A stretch of DNA of 64,000 bases, from IMG/VR virus record IMGVR_UViG_3300037067_013691. One strand, given 5' to 3'. A model generated the notes under the pieces. That model was given only the letters and a program-made list of their open reading frames with translations, ran no database searches and was not told the DNA's origin. This document shows positions 10,201 through 19,736 of the stretch, one piece after another; the stretch's first letter is position 1, and each line of letters begins with the position of its first letter. A program made the translations under genes and the position numbers. The DNA comes from an uncultured virus (IMG/VR IMGVR_UViG_3300037067_013691). Taxonomy: Duplodnaviria > Heunggongvirae > Uroviricota > Caudoviricetes.

Positions 10201-12680
10201 ATATTCCAAATCCTTATTATTTTGACTTTTTCCTTTCAATATAGACTGAGAATCCTTTCGCATCTTTCTTAATCCTTGCGTTGTATCCATGCCACCTCTT
10301 TTCATCGGCAATATTCTCTGCTTAACTATGGTTTTTTCCACTAGCATATTTTGTAAATGCCATTTTATTTTCTCCTATATACTTTATTTCTTCTATCTTG
10401 ACTACTACCTAGCAGTCTATTGTATAGCATCGTTCCACCACACCTAGCACAATCTCTTTTTCTTGGCATTGCCTTATATACTTTAGTATTGCCACATTTA
10501 CCACACTTGTACTCCGTTATATCACTCATTTATGCCTCCGCTTCCCACATTCACTACATATTTCCATTGTTCCCCGCTTTCCACATGAATACCAAAACAT
10601 ATCATGCTTACACTTCTTTTTCTGAGCAGTAATCTTTTTCTTTTCATCCTTAGACAATGCTGCAAAAGAATATTTACGTCTTGGCATATATATCTCCTAC
10701 TTTCCTATTTATTCTACCTTCATTTACTCTTATATGTCAATAAAATTCACTGTATTAACCTACATCGCCAATCATTTGGTAATTGCTGTCCCTTACCACG
10801 ATCTTCACTAAATCCATCTGGAAACATATTCTTCGAATATTCTCTTGGTTCTACATGTTCAATATGCCAATCCTGTTTAAACTGACTAAACTTAACATAC
10901 CATCTACCACCTGCTTCCCATATTTTCTCTACATGCCCACAATTAGACTTGGCTCTATTTAAGTGGTCTACCATATGACCACAATGAGGACACTTGGTAA
11001 GCCTTGTTATTCCACCTTTCTGTGAGAACCTGTGGATTCTACTTGTATCTGATATCATTAGTCCTTTCATTTCAGTTTACAATCCATTTTATGTTGCTGT
11101 TTAATTTTGCGTTCCATTACAAGACTATACTTATATGGTTTAATTTTACTGTAGTCGCCTATTTCATCACCTTGATAACAACAACTTCGATTAAGACACT
11201 GGTATTTGAATCCCCTTCCACTTGGTTCAAGATTCATAGTCATGCACTTTGGGCATAGTTCAAGCATTACTAACCCCTTTTTCTATATCTGTTAATTCTC
11301 TTAACATGCCTTCTGATGCAAAATTATCTCTGTTCCACTGGTAAAACCATCCATCATTCCACTGTATACTCAGAATGCGAAATGGTGGCTCTTTCTTCAC
11401 TGATTTAAGTACCACAATTTGTCCAACTTTATATTTTGACTCTGTTTTATCCATTCGTTCTTACCTTATATACATCCATGATTCATAATAATATGAAATG
11501 TTCCAGATAATACACTCAATGTAGTTAAAGTTACCGCCAGCTCAAAGGAAACAAAGGCAAATATTACGATACAACTCATTCCTATGAATCCAGCAACCAA
11601 CTCTAACAATAACCCATAACCAAATTTACCTTTAGCTCCCAAAATCCATGCCAAAGTAATTAATCCACAAACAACAACAATTGCAATCAACCATCCCCAC
11701 TGTATTAGCCACGCAGGATAAATAAACCAATTTGGGTCATAAGATGTATATAATAATCTCATTTCTTTTCTATTCTATATCCTATAGCATCTTTTCTGTT
11801 TACCGTTGTTTCTTGTGTCTCTTAATATACTCATCTCGTCTCTTTATAAGCCTATCTTGCTTAGCCTTTCTTGCTTTACTTGCTTTTGAATCACCCACAG
11901 CTAATTTGTTAAACGCGGCCATCTGTGATTTTATCCTTTTCTTTGACTCCTCAGAATATTCCATGCCATTATTCTCCTTTCCTTTCTATTTTATATCCTA
12001 TAACATATAAATAATCAGCCAGTTCTTGTGCTTCTACTAAATACTTAGACCACTGAAGCCTTGTTTCATCATGCTCTATGGCAATCCATTCAGCTAAGAG
12101 TTTAAGTATCCTTTCATCTGCTTGACCTGCTACTGTATTTACTGACATTTAAAAACATCCTCTTATATAAGTAAACCACCAGCCAAATAATAACACGAAG
12201 GATGCTGCTATAAGTTCCCCAAACATTAATATTCCCCCACTTCCTTGTTGCAAATAAATTGATAGACTATTCAAAAATCCCTGCTCTATCATGGGTGGAG
12301 ATGGAAGTATCTGAAGATATAACAACCATCCCACTACAATAATTATTCCTAATACAATAAACAAATAATACATTGGCAATTTTGTAGATAAACTTAAAAT
12401 AAAGCAAACACAAATAGAAATCATTAATCCTATTATAAAATAAAATTCGCCTATACTGAATATCATCATTAATCTATGTGCTCGTAAAACTGTTCATAAC
12501 TCAATTCATCTGTATTTACTGACATTTATTTATCCTGCCCCTTTTATTTGTAACCCACTTGGTTATTTCATCTAATGATTTACCTATCATCCATTTACCA
12601 ATAGGTGCTACATCAATACATTTACCATCTTGTATCTCTACTCCAAAACAAGCATAACCTATATCTACTTGATATAACAT
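7265..12680 (-). CDS. Dense run of roughly 20 small hypothetical ORFs (basic, Zn-finger and membrane types)
   Basis: Tightly packed minus-strand ORFs with GGAG SDs, e.g. 7539-7826, 8036-8215, 9172-9411, 9398-9580, 9919-10107, 10111-10347, 10747-11070, 11067-11267, 11260-11454, 11466-11762, 12149-12469. Confidence 0.6.
12133..12528. repeat. 19-bp perfect direct repeat CTGTATTTACTGACATTTA (12133-12151, 12510-12528)
   Basis: Read directly; on the minus strand it is stop + MSVNT gene start. Confidence 0.9.
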
Positions 12681-12837
12681 TTTCTTTTAAGGATAGGTGG
12701 CGGTTTGCAAGGGATTGTCGCTCGCCAATTAAATATTGTCCCAACCTTATTCGTGCTGTATTTGGTTGCATCCCTCAAGCCTTTTTCATTTCGCATTTCC
12801 ATCTACCTTGCCTATATTATACCATAAACCACAACTA

Positions 12838-12866
12838 TTGACATATAACATGTTATATAGTACAAT
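12838..12866 (+). promoter_or_regulatory. Sigma70-type promoter with palindromic operator in the spacer
   Basis: TTGACA-17-TACAAT; ATATAACATGTTATAT palindrome at 12843-12858; sits at a -/+ divergence. Confidence 0.8.
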
Positions 12867-13012
12867 ATTAGTACAATCTAAAAATTAGGAGACGCTTATG
12901 AATGAAATAGATGAACAGCATGAACTATTAATGAGAGCCATAGATGAAAGTAGGGAACTATCTGATATAGAACTCTGTGTACAGGAAGATATAAGGTATG
13001 ATTATTTAAGGA

Positions 13013-13258
13013 GTGAGTATGATGCAAGATATTAGCTTTATTTATACACCTACATTTTGGATATTATTCTATATTTTAGGTATTCTAATAACATTTATAT
13101 GGGCATACTCAAAATGTATAGGTTTAAAGTATTCTCTTATCTGTGCTATGTTTTGGCCTTTAATGGCTTTATTACTGCCAGTTTTTCTTTGCGCTATCAT
13201 TATAATTGGTATATTTTCCCTAATCATCTTATATATAAAGAGGCATTACAATGCGTAA
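13013..13258 (+). CDS. Small membrane protein
   Basis: Two hydrophobic segments; stop lies inside the AATGCGTAA junction motif. Confidence 0.6.
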   Translation: MSMMQDISFIYTPTFWILFYILGILITFIWAYSKCIGLKYSLICAMFWPLMALLLPVFLCAIIIIGIFSLIILYIKRHYNA

Positions 13259-13287
13259 ATCAGAAGCCAAAGTAAGGAGTAAATATA

Positions 13288-13812
13288 ATGAATCAAGAAC
13301 AGCGTAAGTTCTTAGTTGAACAAGTACAAAAAACTTATAAGGAACAGGTTGACGAGTTAAGAAAACAGATACCTGAAAGACCATCTCTAAACAACTATCT
13401 AGTAGCTGCATTCTTAGATAATTCAATACAATTTAACGATATTGAGGCACTCAAGAGCAAGATGCGTGATACAGTACTTAAATTTGGCATTAGTGATAGG
13501 TTAGTAAAAGAAAAAAGCTCTTGGGCTAGGGAATCCGCTGAAAAGGATACTGACGCTGTATGGGTAGATGCCAACGATTTATTTATAATCCCACAGAATT
13601 ATAAGGATGCACTAAACGAGTATGAAAAGCAAAAGACTATTATAGGGAAGCAAATAGATAATCTTGAATCTACCAAAAGAACAATTATAATGAAAATCCA
13701 GATAGGCAGTACTAATGCCTTAGATAAGCTTGTCATGCAAGTTGATAGTATTGGAGACCTTAATCTATTGAATACCCAACTTATGATAAATGCAAGTCAA
13801 GATAAGGGATAA
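13288..13812 (+). CDS. Hypothetical helical protein
   Basis: 174-aa ORF, AAGGAG SD. Confidence 0.75.
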   Translation: MNQEQRKFLVEQVQKTYKEQVDELRKQIPERPSLNNYLVAAFLDNSIQFNDIEALKSKMRDTVLKFGISDRLVKEKSSWARESAEKDTDAVWVDANDLFIIPQNYKDALNEYEKQKTIIGKQIDNLESTKRTIIMKIQIGSTNALDKLVMQVDSIGDLNLLNTQLMINASQDKG

Positions 13813-13816
13813 GATA

Positions 13817-14071
13817 ATGCGTAAATCAGAAGCCAAAGACCTGCTCTGTCCCAAGTGTCTTAAACCATCACTTATAAAAGCTGGTAAAACGCCGCCTATC
13901 GGCTTACTAGGACACATCTACCAGCGTTACAGGTGTATGAACAAAGAATGTTCCCAAACCATTACTATATGCCCTGTATACCCTGAAAAGAAGATGGTAG
14001 AGGTACAGGGGAATGATGAGGTAATTGTCGTTAGGCGTGGTAAAAATGGAAGATTTCTTGAAAAGGAGTGA
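13817..14071 (+). CDS. Zinc-ribbon protein, MRKSEA family copy 2
   Basis: MRKSEAKDLLCPKC..LIKAGKT..YQRYRC..RRGKNGRFLEK. Confidence 0.75.
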   Translation: MRKSEAKDLLCPKCLKPSLIKAGKTPPIGLLGHIYQRYRCMNKECSQTITICPVYPEKKMVEVQGNDEVIVVRRGKNGRFLEKE

Positions 14072-14277
14072 CTGGCATGAAACTTTTAAACCATAGTTTT
14101 GGGTGGAAAACTTTATTAGCTGTATTACTGCTATTCTTAGCATTCATTGTTATTACAATCTTCATGGTTATTACTTCAGGATGGCAAACAGCATTATGTG
14201 TATATGGCATAATGATTATTATTCTAGCTTTCAGTAGTCTTGTTGCTTGGTTAATTACTACTGATGACAAAAGGTAG
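14068..14277 (+). CDS. Small two-TM membrane protein
   Basis: Hydrophobic 69-aa ORF. Confidence 0.55.
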   Translation: MTGMKLLNHSFGWKTLLAVLLLFLAFIVITIFMVITSGWQTALCVYGIMIIILAFSSLVAWLITTDDKR

Positions 14278-14289
14278 GTTTATAAAACA

Positions 14290-14838
14290 GTGACAACACC
14301 CCTTACTCAAATATGTGAAGCCATGAGTTCAATATACAACGATTCAATAAGATCATGGACAATGAGCATGATGGCTCATGCCCCACAAGCATTTTGGGAT
14401 AGACCCTCATCCTCTACTGGTAAATACCATAAGGAAGATGAAAATGGTGAGTATGGACAGGTTATCCATACCCTAAGAGTAATTACTGTAGCAGAGCATT
14501 TAGTTAGAATGGCTGATTTAAGCGATATCGAAAGAGATGTGCTTATCGCTGCTGCCTCATTACATGATATCTGTAAATATGGAATAGAGGGGCAATCAGA
14601 TCATACTCTGTCCGAGCATCCACAACTTGTTAAGAGTTTATGGGAAAAGAACCTCTTAATCTTACCTAAGTGTGATTATGGCCACCAGGTAATAAGTACA
14701 ATACTTCAACACTCAGGAAGATGGGGCGGAATACCTCGACCGCCAGCTACTATACTCGGTAAACTCTTACATATAGCCGACTTTATCTCTAGCAGAAACA
14801 ATATTGAAATTGACTTAGAGAAGGAAATGGAATATTAA
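14290..14838 (+). CDS. HD-superfamily phosphohydrolase (phage type)
   Basis: SSTGKYH..HT..LHDICK..HP..HSG.W..HIAD. Confidence 0.85.
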   Translation: MTTPLTQICEAMSSIYNDSIRSWTMSMMAHAPQAFWDRPSSSTGKYHKEDENGEYGQVIHTLRVITVAEHLVRMADLSDIERDVLIAAASLHDICKYGIEGQSDHTLSEHPQLVKSLWEKNLLILPKCDYGHQVISTILQHSGRWGGIPRPPATILGKLLHIADFISSRNNIEIDLEKEMEY

Positions 14839-14839
14839 G

Positions 14840-15325
14840 ATGACTGCGCAAGTTATTCAATGTACTCGCTGTGGGGAATGTTGTAAAACAATTCCTTGCT
14901 TATTCTCACAGAAACTATTTGGTTATCCTGTCTTATTAGGGATGCAATGCCCTGCATTAATAATCCACAAAGATAATACAACATCTTGTAAATTGATTAA
15001 GTTTTGCCCTAATATAACTAAAGAAATGGTAGGCACAGGATGTGAAAAGCCTTTTACTGAAAATCCCATGACATTTCAATCAGTTCTCCTTGAATGTATG
15101 ACGAAAAAAGAATTGGTAGAACAATTTAACAGACTCAGAGGATTCTCATTGAATTTCATCCCGAAACAATCATCTGGTATTGTACGAATGATAGATGATG
15201 CCTGTGGCTTCGATGATATTAAGAAACTGCAATCTCAAAATAAATCAGAGGAATTACATGAGTTCATTGCCTTTGTTTTTGACTGTATATGGATGCCATT
15301 AATGATAGAGGAGTTCAAAGAATGA
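14840..15325 (+). CDS. CxxCxxCC (YkgJ-like) cysteine-cluster protein fused to a helical domain
   Basis: CTRCGECC..C..CPAL..C. Confidence 0.65.
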   Translation: MTAQVIQCTRCGECCKTIPCLFSQKLFGYPVLLGMQCPALIIHKDNTTSCKLIKFCPNITKEMVGTGCEKPFTENPMTFQSVLLECMTKKELVEQFNRLRGFSLNFIPKQSSGIVRMIDDACGFDDIKKLQSQNKSEELHEFIAFVFDCIWMPLMIEEFKE

Positions 15326-15795
15326 ATTCAAATACCTTACTTTCAAAGGAACAAGCTGAAGAAGAACTATCCAATATTGAGCGATTTATTATAACACCCA
15401 CAATATATGGATGCACTGGGCAACAATGGATGGGAATTGAAATAAGTTGGCAACCATTACCTCTTAAAAGTGGTGGTAACATTAAGCGTGGTAAGACTTG
15501 GGGGAAAATCAAATACTATGATGTTATCATGGGATACCCGCTTTATTCATTAGGAGAACATAAAGAGCTTACACGAGAAGGGGCTATTAAGGAAATCATG
15601 CGTCCTTATAATGACCGTAAGGCATTTGCTGATATTAAGAATATGCAGACATGCGCTTCATGTGGAGCATACGCAATACTACCAGAGATTAAAGAAAGAT
15701 GGGGGCGATTACAATATCATTTAGGCGGAGATAAGTGGAACAAGAAATGGGTAGATATATGCCCTAATTGTATAAATAAACTATTGAAGTCTTAG
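15322..15795 (+). CDS. Hypothetical protein with C-terminal Zn finger
   Basis: CASC...CPNC; ATGA overlap with the upstream gene. Confidence 0.65.
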   Translation: MNSNTLLSKEQAEEELSNIERFIITPTIYGCTGQQWMGIEISWQPLPLKSGGNIKRGKTWGKIKYYDVIMGYPLYSLGEHKELTREGAIKEIMRPYNDRKAFADIKNMQTCASCGAYAILPEIKERWGRLQYHLGGDKWNKKWVDICPNCINKLLKS

Positions 15796-15921
15796 CTCGG
15801 TGATTTACGCCTTGTATTTTATAACTGTGAGCTAACACAGCACCGATTAGTTTATCCCAAACCGCAAGGATTCTATACCTTTCAGCATTGGTTCGGACAC
15901 TAAGACCTTATTGATATTATA

Positions 15922-16446
15922 CTACTGTGCGTCTTCCATCTCCAACTGTAAATCATCATCATTCATAGATAGCGTCTTGACAGCCTCCCCCGTTTCTAAG
16001 TTAAAGTACGTCTTAGTCTTTGCTACAAAGTCTTTCAGCTCCCGTACTTTCACCCACTGTATATTCTTACCCCTGTTAATCTGGATACGGCAAATGTTCA
16101 TAATGGCCTCGCATTTTGCAATCTCAGCCTGTTTCTCTGCCTTATAGGACTTTATATCATCGTCTATTTCTGACAGCCTATTCATGGCAAGAATGACCTC
16201 ATTTGCCAACGTTGCACGTTCTTCACCGGACAGGTTGCCGTTCTTGATCTTATAGCGTATTTCAGATATCTTCGCATCGTATTGTTCCGCATCTTCCTTG
16301 TGTGACTTGACGTATTCCTTGATATCGCTTTCCGCTTCATCCATCAAATCAAAGGCTTGTATAAATTCATTGGAAATTTTGGTTGCCGTTTCCTTTGTCA
16401 GTGGTACTTCTACCTGAATCTCTGTTGTTTTCTCTTTTTTACTCAC
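15922..16446 (-). CDS. Acidic coiled-coil protein with an internal repeat; visibly higher GC than its neighbours
   Basis: 174-aa ORF with AAGGAG SD. Confidence 0.75.
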   Translation of the reverse strand: MSKKEKTTEIQVEVPLTKETATKISNEFIQAFDLMDEAESDIKEYVKSHKEDAEQYDAKISEIRYKIKNGNLSGEERATLANEVILAMNRLSEIDDDIKSYKAEKQAEIAKCEAIMNICRIQINRGKNIQWVKVRELKDFVAKTKTYFNLETGEAVKTLSMNDDDLQLEMEDAQ

Positions 16447-16500
16447 TTTTTCTCCTTATTTTACTTTCATTTATTAAACTAAATTATAAGAAATCATATT

Positions 16501-16796
16501 TTACTTTAACGGTTCACCAAACCAATATGTGTTAATCCTAAACCATTTATTTCTAATACTCCACCATGTCCTAATCCACCACAAGTTAACTTTTGATATC
16601 TTTTTAGGTTTCTTAGCTACTAAATGTTTGGTGCATACTACTTGCTTGTTAATTTCACTAATACATCGCATAACTAGGCCCACTGCTACAAAAACAGGAA
16701 CTAAGTCCATTACCATATCGAATGTCTTAATTCCTGTATAATACCAAGGCTTTTCTGCACGTTTATCTATCTGAACACGACTAAATACTAATTTAT
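16501..16796 (-). pseudogene. 3' remnant of a gene whose 5' end is replaced by the IS left end
   Basis: Open frame runs into the IRL; the apparent start codon lies inside the IS. Confidence 0.5.
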
Positions 16797-16906
16797 GGGG
16801 ATTATATACATAACTAGCCAAATGGTGTAAAAAATATTCTATTATGTTGTAAAATACTAGCCAAAAACACTTGACAAATGAAGCTGGATAGTGTAGTATA
16901 ATAGCC

Positions 16907-17851
16907 ATGAAGACAAATAATAGGTCATTGAAAGTTGAGACAATCAGTATCTATCAATTCCTTCGCCGGATTCCTGACGAAAATACCGCAAGGCTTTATG
17001 TGGAAAAGATGGTATGGCCGGCTGGTAGATATTGCCCTTATTGTCAATCTGTTAATACGGTTGAAGTAAAGGACGCAAAACCAATGCCTTATCGCTGTAA
17101 GGATTGTCGAAAACACTTTAGCGTCAGAGTAGGTAATATTTTCGCATCGAGCAAAGTTCCCTTGCATACGTGGCTTGGTGCTATCTACTTAATGACAACG
17201 GCAAAGAAGGGTGTATCTAGTCTTCAAGTATCACGTCAACTTGGTATCACCCAAAAGACAGCATGGATGCTTTGCCATAAGATACGTGAAATGTGGACTG
17301 CTCCTATTAAACCTGTTATGAGTGGAGAGGTTGAAGTTGACGAGTCATACTTCGGTGGAATAGATCGGAATCGTCATGCCAGCCAACGAGCGAAGATAGG
17401 GCGTGGGGCTGTTGGTAAACAACCAGTTATCGGACTCTATGACCGAAACGGTAAAGTTGCCGGAACCGTGGTGGCAGATACCGATAGTGGGACATTACAT
17501 TCGATAATCAATGCGAATGTCAGAAAAGGGACGACAATCTACACTGACGGACATCGTGGTTATCATGGACTTGTTGGATATACTCAGGACGAGGTTTGTC
17601 ATAGCGTTGGAGAATATGTCAGAGGTAAGGCTCATACTAACGGAATCGAGAGTTTTTGGTCACTCCTAAAACGTGGGTATATCGGGACATTTCATCATAT
17701 GTCACCAAAGCATTTACAGAAGTATGTCAACGAGTTTGCGTCTCGTCAAAGTATGAGACGGTGTGATACCATTGACGCAATGGCAATAACGACTAAGGCT
17801 GGAGTAGGAAAATCCCTATCTTGGAAGGAGTTGACCTATGAACCCGCGTAA
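16907..17851 (+). CDS. tnpA: IS1595-family (ISXO2-like) transposase
   Basis: Zn ribbon CPYC..CKDC, HTH (LGITQKTAW), EVDESY, YTDG, HTNGIESFW. Confidence 0.95.
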   Translation: MKTNNRSLKVETISIYQFLRRIPDENTARLYVEKMVWPAGRYCPYCQSVNTVEVKDAKPMPYRCKDCRKHFSVRVGNIFASSKVPLHTWLGAIYLMTTAKKGVSSLQVSRQLGITQKTAWMLCHKIREMWTAPIKPVMSGEVEVDESYFGGIDRNRHASQRAKIGRGAVGKQPVIGLYDRNGKVAGTVVADTDSGTLHSIINANVRKGTTIYTDGHRGYHGLVGYTQDEVCHSVGEYVRGKAHTNGIESFWSLLKRGYIGTFHHMSPKHLQKYVNEFASRQSMRRCDTIDAMAITTKAGVGKSLSWKELTYEPA

Positions 17852-18725
17852 AGTCATAAAGCCAATCGAACCGATAAACGCACCATTTCAAAAAGTGGTG
17901 TCCAAAGTCCTTAACGCTCCAGAACCACTAGAGCCTTTTGTCCCTTTCCCGAAAAAATATCCGCATTCCCCGTTGCGTTATCCAGGTGGTAAGAATCGAG
18001 CGGTAAAAGAGATTTATTCATGTATTCCAGCGAGTGAAAAGGTACTATGCTCGCCTTTTCTCGGTGGAGCCTCGGTCGAATTGGCGTGTAGTACACGAAT
18101 GGAAGTGCGAGGTTATGATGCTTTCGCCCCGCTCATTGATTTTTGGAACGTCTTACTGGATAACCCGAACAAGCTAGCTGATGCGGTCGCTCGGTATTAT
18201 CCACTTTCAAGAACGAAGTTTTACAATCTGCAAAAAATCTACATGGGACTTGAAGATCAGATGGATAGAGCAGCTGCATTTTACGTGCTGAATCGGTCGT
18301 CATTCTCAGGTACTACACTATCCGGCGGAATGTCCCCAAACCATCCTCGTTTCACCTTGTCCGCAATCCAGCGATTGCGTGACTTTGATGTATCAAATTT
18401 CAACGTGGAAAAGGCGGACTTTACCGAGTCTATTGCCCAAAATGATGATGCTTTTCTGTATCTTGACCCGCCGTACCTGAACGGACAAAATCTCTACGGA
18501 TTGAAGGGTGATACACATAAAGGATTCGATCATAAAACTCTCGCTGACCTTTTAAGCAAGCGTGATAGGTGGATTCTATCTTACAACGACTGTCCAACTA
18601 TCCGTGAGTATTATCGGGGCTATCAGATACTTGATATTGACTGGGTTTACGGCATGAACAAAAGTAAAAAGTCTAATGAGGTGTTAGTTGTGAGCCATGA
18701 CCTTGAAGCGGTATGGCCAAATTGA
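17838..18725 (+). CDS. Dam-like (D12/alpha-class) DNA amino-methyltransferase
   Basis: SPLRYPGGK, SPFLGGASVE, YLDPPY, WILSYND. Confidence 0.92.
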   Translation: MNPRKVIKPIEPINAPFQKVVSKVLNAPEPLEPFVPFPKKYPHSPLRYPGGKNRAVKEIYSCIPASEKVLCSPFLGGASVELACSTRMEVRGYDAFAPLIDFWNVLLDNPNKLADAVARYYPLSRTKFYNLQKIYMGLEDQMDRAAAFYVLNRSSFSGTTLSGGMSPNHPRFTLSAIQRLRDFDVSNFNVEKADFTESIAQNDDAFLYLDPPYLNGQNLYGLKGDTHKGFDHKTLADLLSKRDRWILSYNDCPTIREYYRGYQILDIDWVYGMNKSKKSNEVLVVSHDLEAVWPN

Positions 18726-19615
18726 CACCCTCTCAGGTAGAATCTGGACACGCCTTTGTGTATGGCATTGCCCACGCTTTTCACAGACTATACAGGACTT
18801 CGACATTGCGTAATGACCAACTTATGCAACGGGCTGAACAATCCTTCATAAGTTGCTCAGATTTAGAACAAGAAAAGATAGTTCGGGCTGCTGACGAAAT
18901 AGCAGTATTCCTAATTGCTCATGATAATAACCTACGCCCCAGAGATGGATATAGAATCTGGTTACAATCAGACATGGAAGGTGTTAGCGGTGATGTAAGA
19001 GATGTGGTGGTTAACTACGCAAATCACGAAATTGGGATTTCGGCAAAGAACCGCCATGCGGCCGTTAAACACTCTAGACTATCAGAGCGAATTGACTTTG
19101 GGCGTAAGTGGCTCGGTATCCCGTGTGCCCCATCTTACTTTCACCAAATCGTGCCTATATTCCGTGAATTACGCACGCTTCGCAGACAAGGTGTTTTTTG
19201 GCGTGATTTGAGTAACAAGCCACAGAGATTCTATATCCCGATTCTGAATGCTTTTAGAGACGAATCGGTAAGGCTCTGTAACGCCAATGCTGATGCTCCT
19301 CGCCAGATGGTTGAATATCTGATGGGCGAGCATGACTTCTATAAGGTTATAAAGGAAAATGGCGATGTATCCGTTCAATCGTTCAATATGCATGGGACGT
19401 TGGGTTGGGGAAGGCATATCAGACTTCCCACTCGATTGATTCAGGCAACAGAAAAGCAGGATTCAGAAAATACACTGATATTCTATTTTGACGAAGGATG
19501 GTCACTGTCATTCCGTATCCACAATGCCGAAAGTCTAGTCACACCTTCTTTGAAGTTTGACGTTCAAATAGTCGGATTACCAAACGCTACACAGCATCAA
19601 ATCCATTATGGCTAG
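18713..19615 (+). CDS. HaeIII-family type II restriction endonuclease
   Basis: GDVRD..IGISAK..AVKHSRLS..DFG..W and WSLSFRIHNA..PSLKFDVQ; stop codon lies inside the IRR. Confidence 0.75.
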   Translation: MAKLTPSQVESGHAFVYGIAHAFHRLYRTSTLRNDQLMQRAEQSFISCSDLEQEKIVRAADEIAVFLIAHDNNLRPRDGYRIWLQSDMEGVSGDVRDVVVNYANHEIGISAKNRHAAVKHSRLSERIDFGRKWLGIPCAPSYFHQIVPIFRELRTLRRQGVFWRDLSNKPQRFYIPILNAFRDESVRLCNANADAPRQMVEYLMGEHDFYKVIKENGDVSVQSFNMHGTLGWGRHIRLPTRLIQATEKQDSENTLIFYFDEGWSLSFRIHNAESLVTPSLKFDVQIVGLPNATQHQIHYG

Positions 19616-19632
19616 TTATGTATATAATCCCC

Positions 19633-19734
19633 ATTTTAATATACCCTCATTATTAGCTTGTTTTTCAAGTATCTTCCTGCGTTCCTCTACAGGTAATGCT
19701 AAAAATTCTTTACGAGTTAAATATAATTCAGCCA
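19633..19734 (-). pseudogene. Paralog of 9919..10107 truncated by the IS right end
   Basis: MAELYLTRKEFLALPVEERRKILEKQANNEGILK then reads into the IRR. Confidence 0.8.
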
Positions 19735-19736
19735 TA

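Larger units (their letters stand above)
16797..19632 (+). mobile_element. IS1595-family transporter transposon carrying a restriction-modification pair
   Basis: Perfect 24-bp TIRs GGGGATTATATACATAACTAGCCA (16797-16820) and its reverse complement (19609-19632); higher GC than flanks; transposase plus two passengers. Confidence 0.93.

Noticed and set aside
12685..12800. tRNA or ncRNA in a GC-richer intergenic stretch
   Set aside because: No cloverleaf or convincing stems found by eye; would need Infernal
16797..16908. Starts of ORFs 16501..16908(-) and 19608..19790(+), sharing ASYVYNPH
   Set aside because: The shared peptide is just the IS terminal inverted repeat translated
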